Below, piece by piece: positions 38,767-49,389 of a DNA stretch of 64,000 bases; position 1 is the first letter of the stretch; every line of letters begins with the position of its first letter. The stretch comes from Sphyrna mokarran (lineage: Eukaryota). The notes beneath the pieces are model-generated. The model ran no database searches. It saw nothing but the letters and a program-made list of their open reading frames with translations, and was not told the DNA's origin. The DNA is taken from assembly GCA_024679065.1 (NCBI GenBank), contig JAGIQG010000013.1, positions 56,234,001 to 56,298,000 on the forward strand, read 5' to 3'. The position numbers were made by a program, and so were the translations under genes.

Positions 38767-39529
38767 CTCAGTGCTGTCAAACTTTTAGTGTCACATCTTT
38801 CTCTAACCAAACATTTGGAAGATTGAAAACAAAACTTTCAGCCTGACCATAAAATCTGGCACTCTTTCCAGTGATTCAATCCGCTTCCTCAGCCACTCAC
38901 TCTGACTCAACCAGATCGTGCAAAATCATGTAGTTTTTCCCACCTTATCCTGTTGTACAAATGGTTGTAGTCACATCCAGCTCAGTCTATTGCTGAAACC
39001 CTTAGCCATACTTCTGCCATATTTAGAAACTCAACTTCTCAAGTGCCTACCCATTACCAACATGTTGTACGCTCCTAAATCTCATTGCAATTCTATCACT
39101 CTACTAAACTTCTCAAAATTCACTTTTTTGATAAAATTTTCTGTAACAATCCTAGTCTCTTCCATCAAGGCTTAATATCTATTTCTTTAGTTCTTATTTT
39201 TCCATCCTTCATAAAGCACTTAGAACGTTTTACTTTAAGGCAACAAAATTAATGCAAGATGTTGTTCTTGGGAATGTACACTGCTGACACTGGAAACTTT
39301 AAATGCAGTGTTCCTTTCCTAGCATTTCGTCACCCTGATGAACACAAAGGAAGAATGCTGTTTCCTATTCACTGAGCAAATTATCAGGACCAATGAATTG
39401 AGTATGTATCAGGGAGCTTTGCGTATGAGTCCTGTAAAATGCAGGATATCTCAGATTAATCTTCAGAACCTTATGCACACACGAATGACTTTGCATTGAA
39501 GATTTTTCTTACCACAAAACCATACAAAG

Positions 39530-40010
39530 GTTACAGCACAGAAAGTCAGTCAGCCCATTGTGCTTGTACTAGCCAAACAAAATTAACTAATTTTCATCCC
39601 ACATTCCAGGATAGCCATGCAGGTTACAGAGGATCCAGATATTTTTTCAATAAGTTCAGTGTTTCAACTATCAACTTAAGCCAGGAATTCCACGTTCACC
39701 ATTCTTTGTAGAAAAGGTTTCCCTTGTATCTTTCTACCAATCATCCTAAATCCATGCCTTCTAGTAGGACAATTTCTCAGTTAGGGGAAAAATTCTGTCT
39801 ACTGTCTGGACCACTCAAATTTGTACATCTCAATTAGGTCACAGCTCAGCCTTCTCTTCTGAGGAGGCAATACTAGCCTATTTAGTCTTTCCCCGTAACT
39901 ATCACCAAGTCTGGCAACAATCTTGTAAATCTTATTTGTATTCTCTCTCTGCAGCAATTACGTCCTTCCTATAACGCATACTAGATAAATTCCAGCTGTG
40001 ACTTTACTGT
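39530..40010 (-). mobile_element. CR1-clade LINE fragment, degraded
   Basis: tacagcacagaaagtcagtcagccca...tgtacatctcaattaggtcac...ctggcaacaatcttgtaaatct. Confidence 0.6.
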
Positions 40011-40322
40011 TCTCTATCAGTTAGGGAGTGAGGCAAGAGAAGCCAAGTAGATAATTATTTCAATTGTGAGCACAATTGTTTGAAATCATATACAGAATCA
40101 TTCTGCATACATATTGTACAATAGCATAGTGTACAATTGACAGATGACTATAATTTATATTTTTCGTCTAATTATGTAATCAGTATGTGTGTTATTCCAG
40201 AATTGAAAAACATCTTTCCTATTTGGAAACAAAGATACAATATTGATATAAAGTTTTAGGAACCTAATTGATTATTTTGTTTCACCTTTCTTTAATCCAT
40301 GATTCTTCAATGTGATTTCCAG

Positions 40323-40496
40323 GATGAATTAAATAAAACCACTCAAAACAATCTTGCACAGGATAGTTCTCAGCTTGTCACAAACAGTGATGAAGACAAA
40401 AAAAGTCAGGTTGCCCTTTTAGCTTCAGATGAAGAGTGGGAGCTTGAAGTGGATGAACTCTATGCTTGGACACAGGAGCTTTCACTTGATTGTTAG
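40323..40496 (+). CDS. CXorf58: CXorf58-like last coding exon
   Basis: ttccag|GAT in phase 0. Encodes DELNKTTQ...SDEEWELEVDELYAWTQELSLDC*. Confidence 0.8.
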   Translation, partial: DELNKTTQNNLAQDSSQLVTNSDEDKKSQVALLASDEEWELEVDELYAWTQELSLDC

Positions 40497-41209
40497 ATGG
40501 ACGATTCCTGACTTAAGTAAGACTACATATTGGAAGTGATACATCAGCTGCCAGACTTTGATTTTTGCGTTCAGAACCATTTACAACTGTTCAGAAAAAG
40601 TAATATCCTTTGAAGGCTTTCACTTTGACAGTGTATTCTAATAACTACCGTTTGCATATACAGGATAAATCACAAACTGAATGGCTTTAGGTTTTCAATG
40701 TAAATGTTAAGCATTTAGAATGCATGAAATTAAGGCCTCTCGGCAACAGTAAATAATTACATTGTCGCAAGAACTTCAAACAACATTGCCCTTCCTTCCC
40801 TCCATCCCTAGTCTGATTTTTCTCATTTTCTCATCTGAAGATGTGACTCATCCTGCACAAGGTACATGGGATTTAATCATCTTGTTAATATGTTGTCAAG
40901 AGACCATATTGCATTATGTTATGTAGTCAAATACAATCTTGCATCTTAGTCTCCTGATTACAGCAGGGTTCACTGTTTAAGCATTTAAACAAACTATTGT
41001 ATTTAGACAACTGCTTTCCACTCAGTATGTTCTTAAAATATTTTGCAGGAAATTAGTTACTTTTGAAATATCATAATCTCAGGAAACATGGCACCCAATT
41101 TGTACATAAAGGTACAAAGTACAAAAATTAATGACCAGACGGTCTTTTTAGTGGTGGTATTTCAGAAACAAATGTTGGCCAGGGCATTGGGAAAAATCCC
41201 TTTTTGAAT

Positions 41210-41880
41210 TTCATTCCCCAGTTTCTAACTCCATCTCTGGCGAGCAACCTGGTTGTCATATGATCCTGAACTTCCCTCATATTAATGCCATCACTAAGAC
41301 AGTCTTTTTCTACCTCCTTAACATCAGTGAACCTCACCCCAGTCTCAGCTCATCTGCTGCTGAAACCTCCTGTTAATTCAAGGTCTGCCTATTCCAATGC
41401 ACCTCTAGTTGATCTCCCACATTCTGTAAACCTGAGGTAATCCAAAACTGTTACCCATATCTTAACATGCAGCAACTTATTTTGTTCCCCATCTGTTCTG
41501 TTTGATGATTTACATTGCCTTGATTTAAAAAATCTCATTCTTGTTTGCAAATGTCTATCTACCCTTCCCACTTTGTAATCATCTCTAATTCCACAGCCCT
41601 CCAACATATGTGTTCTTCTAATCTGGCCTCTCAAACATTCTTGATGTTAATCACTTTATCATTGCTGACTGTGCCTTCAGTTTGCCTTGGTGCTAAGCCT
41701 GGGAATTCCCTCCAAATACCTTTCTTTCACCCCCCTTCCTTAAAGCACTCTTTGAAACCTACCCTTCTGATCAAGCTGATCTACTATTTCCTTGTGTGGT
41801 CTGGTATCGCACTTTGTTTGATAAGGCTCCTTTAAAACCTCTTTGGATGTTTCATTACATTAAAGCTTCTATCTAACTTG
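41210..41880 (+). mobile_element. L2-type LINE 3' fragment, degraded
   Basis: aacctggttgtcatatgatcctgaa...ctcagctcatctgctgctgaaacc...gactgtgccttcagttgcc...aaacctacccttctgatcaagc. Confidence 0.6.
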
Positions 41881-41930
41881 TTACTTTTTTTCAAAAGATA
41901 TCCTGTAATTTTTAAGATCTATCTGATATT

Positions 41931-43047
41931 TTCTTCTACAGAAAATGCAGATGTGTGGAATAGAGGGTGATTTAGCTAATTGGATTAGGAATTGGCTGGC
42001 AGATAGAAGACAGAGGGTGGTGGTTGATGGGAGATATTCATCGTGGAGTTCGGTGACGAGTGGTGTGCCTCAGGGGTCTGTTTTGGGGCCCCTGCTGTTT
42101 GTAATTTTTATAAATGATCTGGATGAGGGTATTGAGGGATGGATCAGTAAATTTGCAGATGATACTAAAGTTGGTGGAGTGGTAGATAGTGAAGAGGGGT
42201 GTTTTAGTTTACAGAGTGACTTGGACAAGTTGCAGAGCTGGGCCGAGAGGTGGCAAATGGAGTTTAATGTGGAAAAGTGTGAGGTAATGCACTTTGGCAG
42301 GAACAATAAATGTGTAGAGTATAGGGCTAATGGTAGGGCTCTTAATAGTGTTGAGGAACAGAAGGATCTTGGTGTATGTGTCAATAGATCCCTGAAAGTA
42401 GGCAGTCAAGTGGATAAAGTTGTTAAGAAGGCATATGGAGTCTTAGCTTTTATTGGTAGGGGGATTGAATTTAGGATCCGCAGCATCATGTTGCATCTGT
42501 ACAAAACTCTATTGCGGCCGCACTTGGAGTATTGTGTGCAGTTCTGGTCCCCACATTATAAGAAAGATGTGGAGGCATTGGAGAGGGTACAGAGGAGGTT
42601 TACCAGGATGTTGCCTGGTATGGAGGGCAGGTCTTATGAAGAGAGGTTGAAGGATTTGAGGTTGTTTTCGTTAGAAAGGAGGCGGCTAAGAGGGGATCTT
42701 ATTGAAGCATATAAGATGATTAGAGGTTTAGATAGGGTGGACAGTGATAGCCTTTTTCCTAGGATGGAGAAAGCTAGCACGAGGGGACACAGCTTTAAAT
42801 TAAGGGGTATAGTTATAGGACGGATATCAGAGGTAGGTTCTTTACTCAAAGAGTGATTAGGGAGTGGAATGCCCTGCCTGCAGCTGTTGTAGATGCGCCA
42901 AGTTTGGTGGCGTTTAAGAGGTTAATGGATAAGTATATGGAAGAGAAGGGAATGGTTTAGTTTGGAAGGGCATTGCTTTTTATTTTGGTCGGCACAACAT
43001 CGAAGGCCGAAGGGCCTGTTCTGTGCTGTAATGTTCTATGTTCTATG
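41931..43047 (+). mobile_element. Young 5'-truncated CR1 LINE family B (RT domain)
   Basis: ORF with SGVPQGSVLGPLLF and KFADDTK RT motifs; (GTTCTAT)n tail; TGATATT at 41924-41930 and 43046-43052; one frameshift near 42806. Confidence 0.95.
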
Positions 43048-43794
43048 ATATTGCAGAGGGTTTTCGTTTGACACCTCATCCAAGACTGCAACTGACAGTT
43101 TCGCTCCATTAAAGAGTTCCACATTTTGGAAAGAATCCATTAATTCTGCAGTGAAGTGTCAGCCTAGATTGTGTGCTCATTTCACTGCAGTGTGGATTGG
43201 AGACATAACCTACAGATTGAAGAGCAAAAGTGCTACCGTTAACACAAGAGGAAAATGTTCATTATCTACTTGAGCAAAGTAATAGTGCCTCCAGAACTAG
43301 CACAGACAAGCTCCATCAGGGAGAACGGAGTTAGAAGTGTACTAATGATAAGCATTTGAGGAGGCAGCACCTAAGAAGTAGACTCTAATATGCAATGCTG
43401 TATTTGCTAATTTTCAAATTTTAAGCATGTTTCTATAAACACATTGAAATTGAAAAATTTAATAACAATTTCTGAGGAATTAATTCAACAGTGACCAAAA
43501 AGTAATTTGAGATAAGATCTTAACCATCAGAAAAGCTAAATGAATTGATGCTAATTATGTCCAGCAAGATTACAATGCCCAAGTCTTTACACTGGCAGAA
43601 ATCCCAAGTTAACCTCAAACTGAGAGGTGTGGTATGTTAGTACAGATGCACCATATCATCCTTCCCCCTACATTATTTTTTAACATATCAATGAATGGAT
43701 TGCAGTAAATTCTGCAATGAAATATGAAACCAAGAATGGTTACAAATTTATAAGCTTAACAATAACCTGCAGAAAATGTCAGTAAAAGCCACAA

Positions 43795-43875
43795 ATAGAA
43801 AACAATACGAAATGTTGGAAAAATGCAGCAGGTCTGGCAGCATCTGCGGAGAGAAACAGCATTAACATTTCAAAA
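43795..43875 (-). mobile_element. Penelope-like terminal fragment
   Basis: gaaatgttggaaaaatgcagcaggtctggcagcatctgcggagagaaacag; reverse-complement similar to 27945-28010. Confidence 0.55.
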
Positions 43876-44524
43876 CCAATACAAGTCTTTTTCAAAATAA
43901 GCATGAGCAATGTTTGAGTGGTTGGGAATCAATCCAATATACTAGGTATTACAATCATAACTGTTGCCATTTAGCATTATACATGGTGATTTCTGGTTAT
44001 TACCAATGCATTCATTGACATGATATTCATATTTCCTTACCTTGAAAATAAAATTAACATTTTTCTACTTTTGATCCGAGGACAGTAATTTTGTGAATAC
44101 CAGCAACTCTCACAATTGACTGTTCATATTGTGCAAATCCAGTTAACAGAGTATTTGAGAAGGGAAAATTACAGCAAAATCAAATCCAGTCAACAGCAAA
44201 TACTCAATTGCGCATCTTTTCAGGACTATGGCCGATCTTGTTACTATTCAACCCAGAAATTCCGAGGCCGGTTTCAATTACACCTAATGAGTTTAGTTTG
44301 CTCAAGAACTGACAAAAACTCAAAAAACAAAACTCTTCTGTTCATAATGGTGCAACAAGTCAAAAGACTGTTAAATCCATTGAGAGCAATTTTTTTTTTT
44401 AAAAAGGACTGCAAGCTACAGTTCCTGTTAGCTGAACAAAGATTTTATTCAGCAAAACTATAAGTTACTCTAAATTTTTACATCAGATGCAAATTTAAGG
44501 TACAAGCATTTAAAGTTAAAAATT

Positions 44525-44763
44525 AAAGTTTATTTATTAGTCACAAGTAAGGTTTACATTTAAAACACTGCAATGAAGTTACTGTTGCCACCCTCTGGCC
44601 CCTCTTCGGGTCAATGCACCTAACCAACACATCTTTCAGAATGTGGGAAGAAGTCTCAGGGGAAACCCATGCAGGCATGGGGAGAACGTGCAAACCCCAC
44701 ACAGACAGTGACCCAAGCCTGGAATTGAACCCAGATCCCTGGCGCTGTGAGACAGCACTGCTA
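44525..44763 (-). mobile_element. V-SINE with alternative 3' tail
   Basis: tRNA head and V-domain on the - strand; tail aaagtttatttattagtcacaagtaagg as at 14745. Confidence 0.85.
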
Positions 44764-44860
44764 AAAATATTTAAAATATTCAATGTCTCATTAAGCATTG
44801 TGTTACCAGGTAGAAAGAGATCCACCCTATCATCACTATTGTAGCAAATAAAATAACATC

Positions 44861-44866
44861 TTTATT
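44861..44866 (-). terminator. Candidate KLHL15 distal polyadenylation signal
   Basis: TTTATT on + (AATAAA on -) at the boundary between the repeat-free UTR-like block and SINE-rich intergenic DNA. Confidence 0.5.
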
Positions 44867-47800
44867 TTTACAGAGTAAATTCATAAATTTAACATAGAAA
44901 AGAGACAACGTCCAGGCAAATATACATGCCACGTTTAAAAAGAAAAACTTGTTTCCTTAGTGAAATAAACATTTACTTAAACATTTCAATTGAGTCGAGG
45001 GGATGAGAGTAATTGGTTTAATCAAAATTATAAATACAATAAATTACAAAAAATTTGCATATGCAAATAAAGTGAAAAACATTTGACAATGTCAAAAATT
45101 CTAAATGCACTTATCAGGAAATCTGAATTTTACACAAACCATTTTGAGATGAAAAAGATATTACACACTTTTTTTAAACTTGTTATTCAATGAGTTGACT
45201 ATTGCCACTGTTGAAAACAATCATTGTATAGTCACTGGTACATTAATAAGATACAAAATAAATAAATTTAAATCCATTCTTCCTTCAAACTGAGAAATCA
45301 AAACAAGTTCATAAATATTATTTTTGGGGTTCTTTCTGGCATTACTTTAATAGGAATTAAGTCAATATATGTTGATAAATGTTCAACAATTCAAGGAGGA
45401 TTGACAAATAAAGGAGTCATTTTTAAAAGTCAACTCTTTTATTTAACACTTTTTACAATTTTTACAAATATCTTCAGCTTTAAAAAGTCACAAAATTTTT
45501 TTGCACTGATTAAGTGGGTATTTGAATATTTTGTATATTGTATGGTAGTGTGGTTCCAATTTTTCCAGTGAGGATATAGTTAATATAAATAATAAGACAT
45601 GAACATTCTGTCAAACAATTAACATGTAAATACATTTCAACTTGGGTCTGTCTTAGATTGCAAGTGCTACTGCCTGCCCCTGCTGGTAAAGGTGGCCCCC
45701 TGCACCAACAGAACATTGGCCCATTACTCTACAATGACCAGAGATGAGTAGGCTTCAAGTAGGAAAATAAAGTCTAAAAAAAAGTTACAGCATTTAAGAA
45801 AACTATAATTTATTTTGTTGTATTTTAATTACACTGGCTGCATTTGTGAAATAGTCCAAGAACAGCCCAACATTTATGATTTACAATCTGTTTCAAATGT
45901 AGAAAACCTTCCCTTTTACTCAAAACTTTAATGTATTAGAGAAGCTTAGGTTTACTGTGCTTTGCAGTGCCCCAATTTAGTCACAATGGAACAAAATGAT
46001 TTACTTAAAGAATCCTTGCAGACTGATCTTACTCTCACATTTAGTTTGTGAGCATAGGCACTTAAAACTCCTGGGACAACAGTTACCAAAATGCTCATGA
46101 AACTAAAGAATTAAGTATTTTCCAATTGCTTACACGATTTTTAAAATTATTATTTTTTTAAATGCACAGGACATCTGGCTTGTACACAAATACAGTCATC
46201 CCATTAACAGAGCGTAAAGTCTCCAGGCACCAAATGTGAGCTACATATACTTCTATACAACGCAAGGTCTTTCTTACGACTAATTTATAGATTGATTCAA
46301 TTTCTTTCTCCCTCATCCTGCACACAAATTTTCTCAAACACAGGTTTCTCAAATCTTTATTATAAATTAGCCTCATCTGAAAGCTTGATATAAAAAGCAG
46401 ACCACTCAATACAGGGAGTTGTGTGTTAAAAGAAATGGTAACTTACTGTCTAGCAGATGGAGTTACATTAGTGGAAATGGAATCTATAGAACAAGCAAAA
46501 TGGTTATTTGCAAATATGCATCCTACTGAACTGGAACACAGATTGTAAAGTGACATGGATAGTTAGTCACCACAGAATTAATGAACATTGCCAGTTGATT
46601 TATAGATATCACCTTGTAATGGAGGGGTTTTAAATTTTAGATTGCTTAATTGCTACAATAATAACTTCAGTGATAATTTTTTAAAAACATTTTAATTTTC
46701 CGTAGCACAAATTTCAAGACTACAGCTAACTAAATACACTTCATTTGGAAGCTTGATGCATCCACTTTGCCCAGAGTGAAAAATAAGATTCAGTATTTAC
46801 ATTGCAACACTTTTTACATTTCCTGATTTTTTTTTGTCCCTTTACATTTTTTTGATAAATCTTCTAGTTTTCCTACAATCAAACATGACTTTTTTTTGGT
46901 TTCCAGAATGGTTAAAATGGTAGACATGTCCAATATTTTTTAAATAAACTTTGAGTCACAAAGAGAAATAAAAGTTATTACAAATGTGCAAGATAAATTG
47001 ATCAAGCTGCAAAAGGTTTACTGCCCATTCTAGAATAACTGATGGCATGGAGATGGTACTAAAATGTACATTTGCATGCATTTTGAAAAATGGCTTGTTC
47101 TTAGAACAGAACATTTTTAAAAAACAGAAGCCTTTCCAGTGTTATCACCATCCAAATACACTTCATTTCACTCAAATCGATATGAGACTTGTTTAACCGA
47201 CTTCTGTAGTTCTATTGAAAACTTTCTATATTATCTCAAACCCTATATTCACACAAAGGTGATGAAGTTTAAACATACAAAAGATGCTGTGACCTAAAGG
47301 ATTTACCAGCAATCCTTTCTTAAATGAGCTTATACGATTAAGCTATTTTAGGATACAATTCACACTGCAGTTTCCAGGGCTGTCCTTTGGAAACTCTAAA
47401 AATATAACTTTTACATTACAGATAAATGTAAAAACCAAAAGATTGTATTCATGTTAAAGCTTATGAAAAGGGAACACAAAAAGATTTGTTAAACAGGTTT
47501 ATACATAGAAGGAAACACAAAATTTCCTTCAAGAAGTTTCATTTCCCCAAAATAATTGGCTGATTCACTCTAAAATTATCCCAACAGCATCTTTTTCCTC
47601 TATGCCCTTCCTACCTCCCACAAACCGCAGAAATAGTTTTCCTATTTGGCTCTTGTGATCTCTGTTGCCTCCTGCATTAAAGTAACTGCACATGAGGTAT
47701 TTTCAATGTTACTGTCCTAAATAATTCATTAGTTGATGGGTTCATAATTCTGAGCCAGAACAATCAAACCACGAAAGACATCATGGAAAACTTGCTTCCA

Positions 47801-48279
47801 AATTCATGAGAAGAAAGATTTTAGTGGAAAGGCCAAAGTTGGTGCTAGAATTATAAACATGAGGAAACTAAAAGAAAAAAATTATAAAAATGACCAAAAA
47901 AATTAGGTAAGCTCTTCAGAAGTTATCAGTTACTAAGATGCCAAGCTGATGATGCGAGGCTATCAAGGAGGAAATTGTAAAATAGTTACAAACATAAACT
48001 TCCCCATTCACAACTAATGACTTTTTAAAAAGTTAAATGATAAAGAATTAATCAATCTAAAATCTTTCATAGATTTTTGACAAAAACTACATCTAATAAA
48101 GTTAAACAAAAAAATAACACTGAACTGCACATAAAAGACATACACAGCTTCTTCTTTTGGCATCTTGTATTTTAAGGGCAATACTTTTTCAATACTGCAT
48201 AACTTGCTCTCACCCAAATCCATTAAATGTCTACTGTTTCCCCTCCAGCTGATTAGTGTAATGTGGCCATAGCCACGTC

Positions 48280-49389
48280 TTAGGTACATCTCCGAACATG
48301 CTCCAATATGAAGTCAGGAAAGTAAAGGCTGCAGACTTGCAAGCCATCCAGCTTACAAGGCATCCTTGGGTATTCATCTTCTTTCCACTTATTTTCTTCT
48401 GGATCGAAGGTAAGTATGGAGTCACTATACTGGCCATTGTAACAAAGACCACCAAGAACTATTATCTGCTTTTCAACAACTGCCACCCCATGTCCACTTC
48501 TACCTATGGGCATTGATGCTAGGATGGTCCATTGGTCAGTATCAGGATTATAAACTTCTGTGGATGGACAGCCTTGAGACTCAAAAGATGCCCGTAAAAT
48601 CACACACACCCCGCCAAATACATAGAGTTTCCCATTGTGGGCTATCATCTTATGAAAACAACGTGCATAATTCATTTTGGCTTTGTTCTCCCAACATGTT
48701 GTAACCACTTGTGTTCTCCTTGTCCGCTGTTCTACAGTCCCCTCCTTACTGGGATCAAATACACACACTTGTTTAGAGGTCGAAGAGGACATTATGCCAC
48801 CAGTTATGTATAGCTTATTGTTGAGAACTGTTCCTTCATGGCCATATTTATTAACTGGATATGGATCAATGAATTCCCATTTGTTTTGTGTTATGTCATA
48901 ACGTTCTGTTGAGTAAAAGGTTTCATCTCTCGTTCTCCCTGCCACAGCATAGATAAATTTTCCAATGATGCCAACGGCAAACTCAGATCGAGGGACGGAC
49001 ATATCAGACATTCTCAACCATGAATTTTGTCGGGGATCATACCTGAAAACTTTGGAAGAGGCATGAAATTCACCATCAGGACCCAATTCTTCCCCTCCCA
49101 ATAGAAACACAAAGTTGTTCACTACTGCAAGACAATCAGGTCGCAGTGGTACTTGTGGACCCTCCAGTTCCCACCAGACCCTTGGCCTGTGCAACAGAAG
49201 AATCTTGCTATTCACCATGCTATGTCCAATCATTCCTCGGAAAACTGCAGTTTGTGCCTTGGCAGAGCGAATGTGATTAGATCTCATCTCCAGAAGAGGC
49301 TGTTGATTAATGTTCTGAAAGTAACTTAAAGCCTGTTCAACCTCAAATCGAAGCTGCCGTGAGTAGCGATAAAATTCAGATGGTTTCAC
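48280..49389 (-). CDS. KLHL15: KLHL15 last coding exon (Kelch repeats)
   Basis: Acceptor ttctcag|GTG. Encodes VKPSEFYRYSRQLR...GGEELGPDGEFHASSKVFRYDPRQNSW...VRRCT* (369 aa) with GG/Y/W Kelch motifs. Confidence 0.98.
   Translation of the reverse strand: MKPSEFYRYSRQLRFEVEQALSYFQNINQQPLLEMRSNHIRSAKAQTAVFRGMIGHSMVNSKILLLHRPRVWWELEGPQVPLRPDCLAVVNNFVFLLGGEELGPDGEFHASSKVFRYDPRQNSWLRMSDMSVPRSEFAVGIIGKFIYAVAGRTRDETFYSTERYDITQNKWEFIDPYPVNKYGHEGTVLNNKLYITGGIMSSSTSKQVCVFDPSKEGTVEQRTRRTQVVTTCWENKAKMNYARCFHKMIAHNGKLYVFGGVCVILRASFESQGCPSTEVYNPDTDQWTILASMPIGRSGHGVAVVEKQIIVLGGLCYNGQYSDSILTFDPEENKWKEDEYPRMPCKLDGLQVCSLYFPDFILEHVRRCT

Noticed and set aside
39321-39360. Hammerhead-like CTGATGA within a short agcatt/aatgct stem
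   Set aside because: No convincing stem II followed by GAAA and no cleavage-site geometry; at most a decayed remnant.
48014-48901. Several overlapping or antisense ORFs around KLHL15
   Set aside because: Shadow frames of a real coding exon or UTR, with no independent signal.
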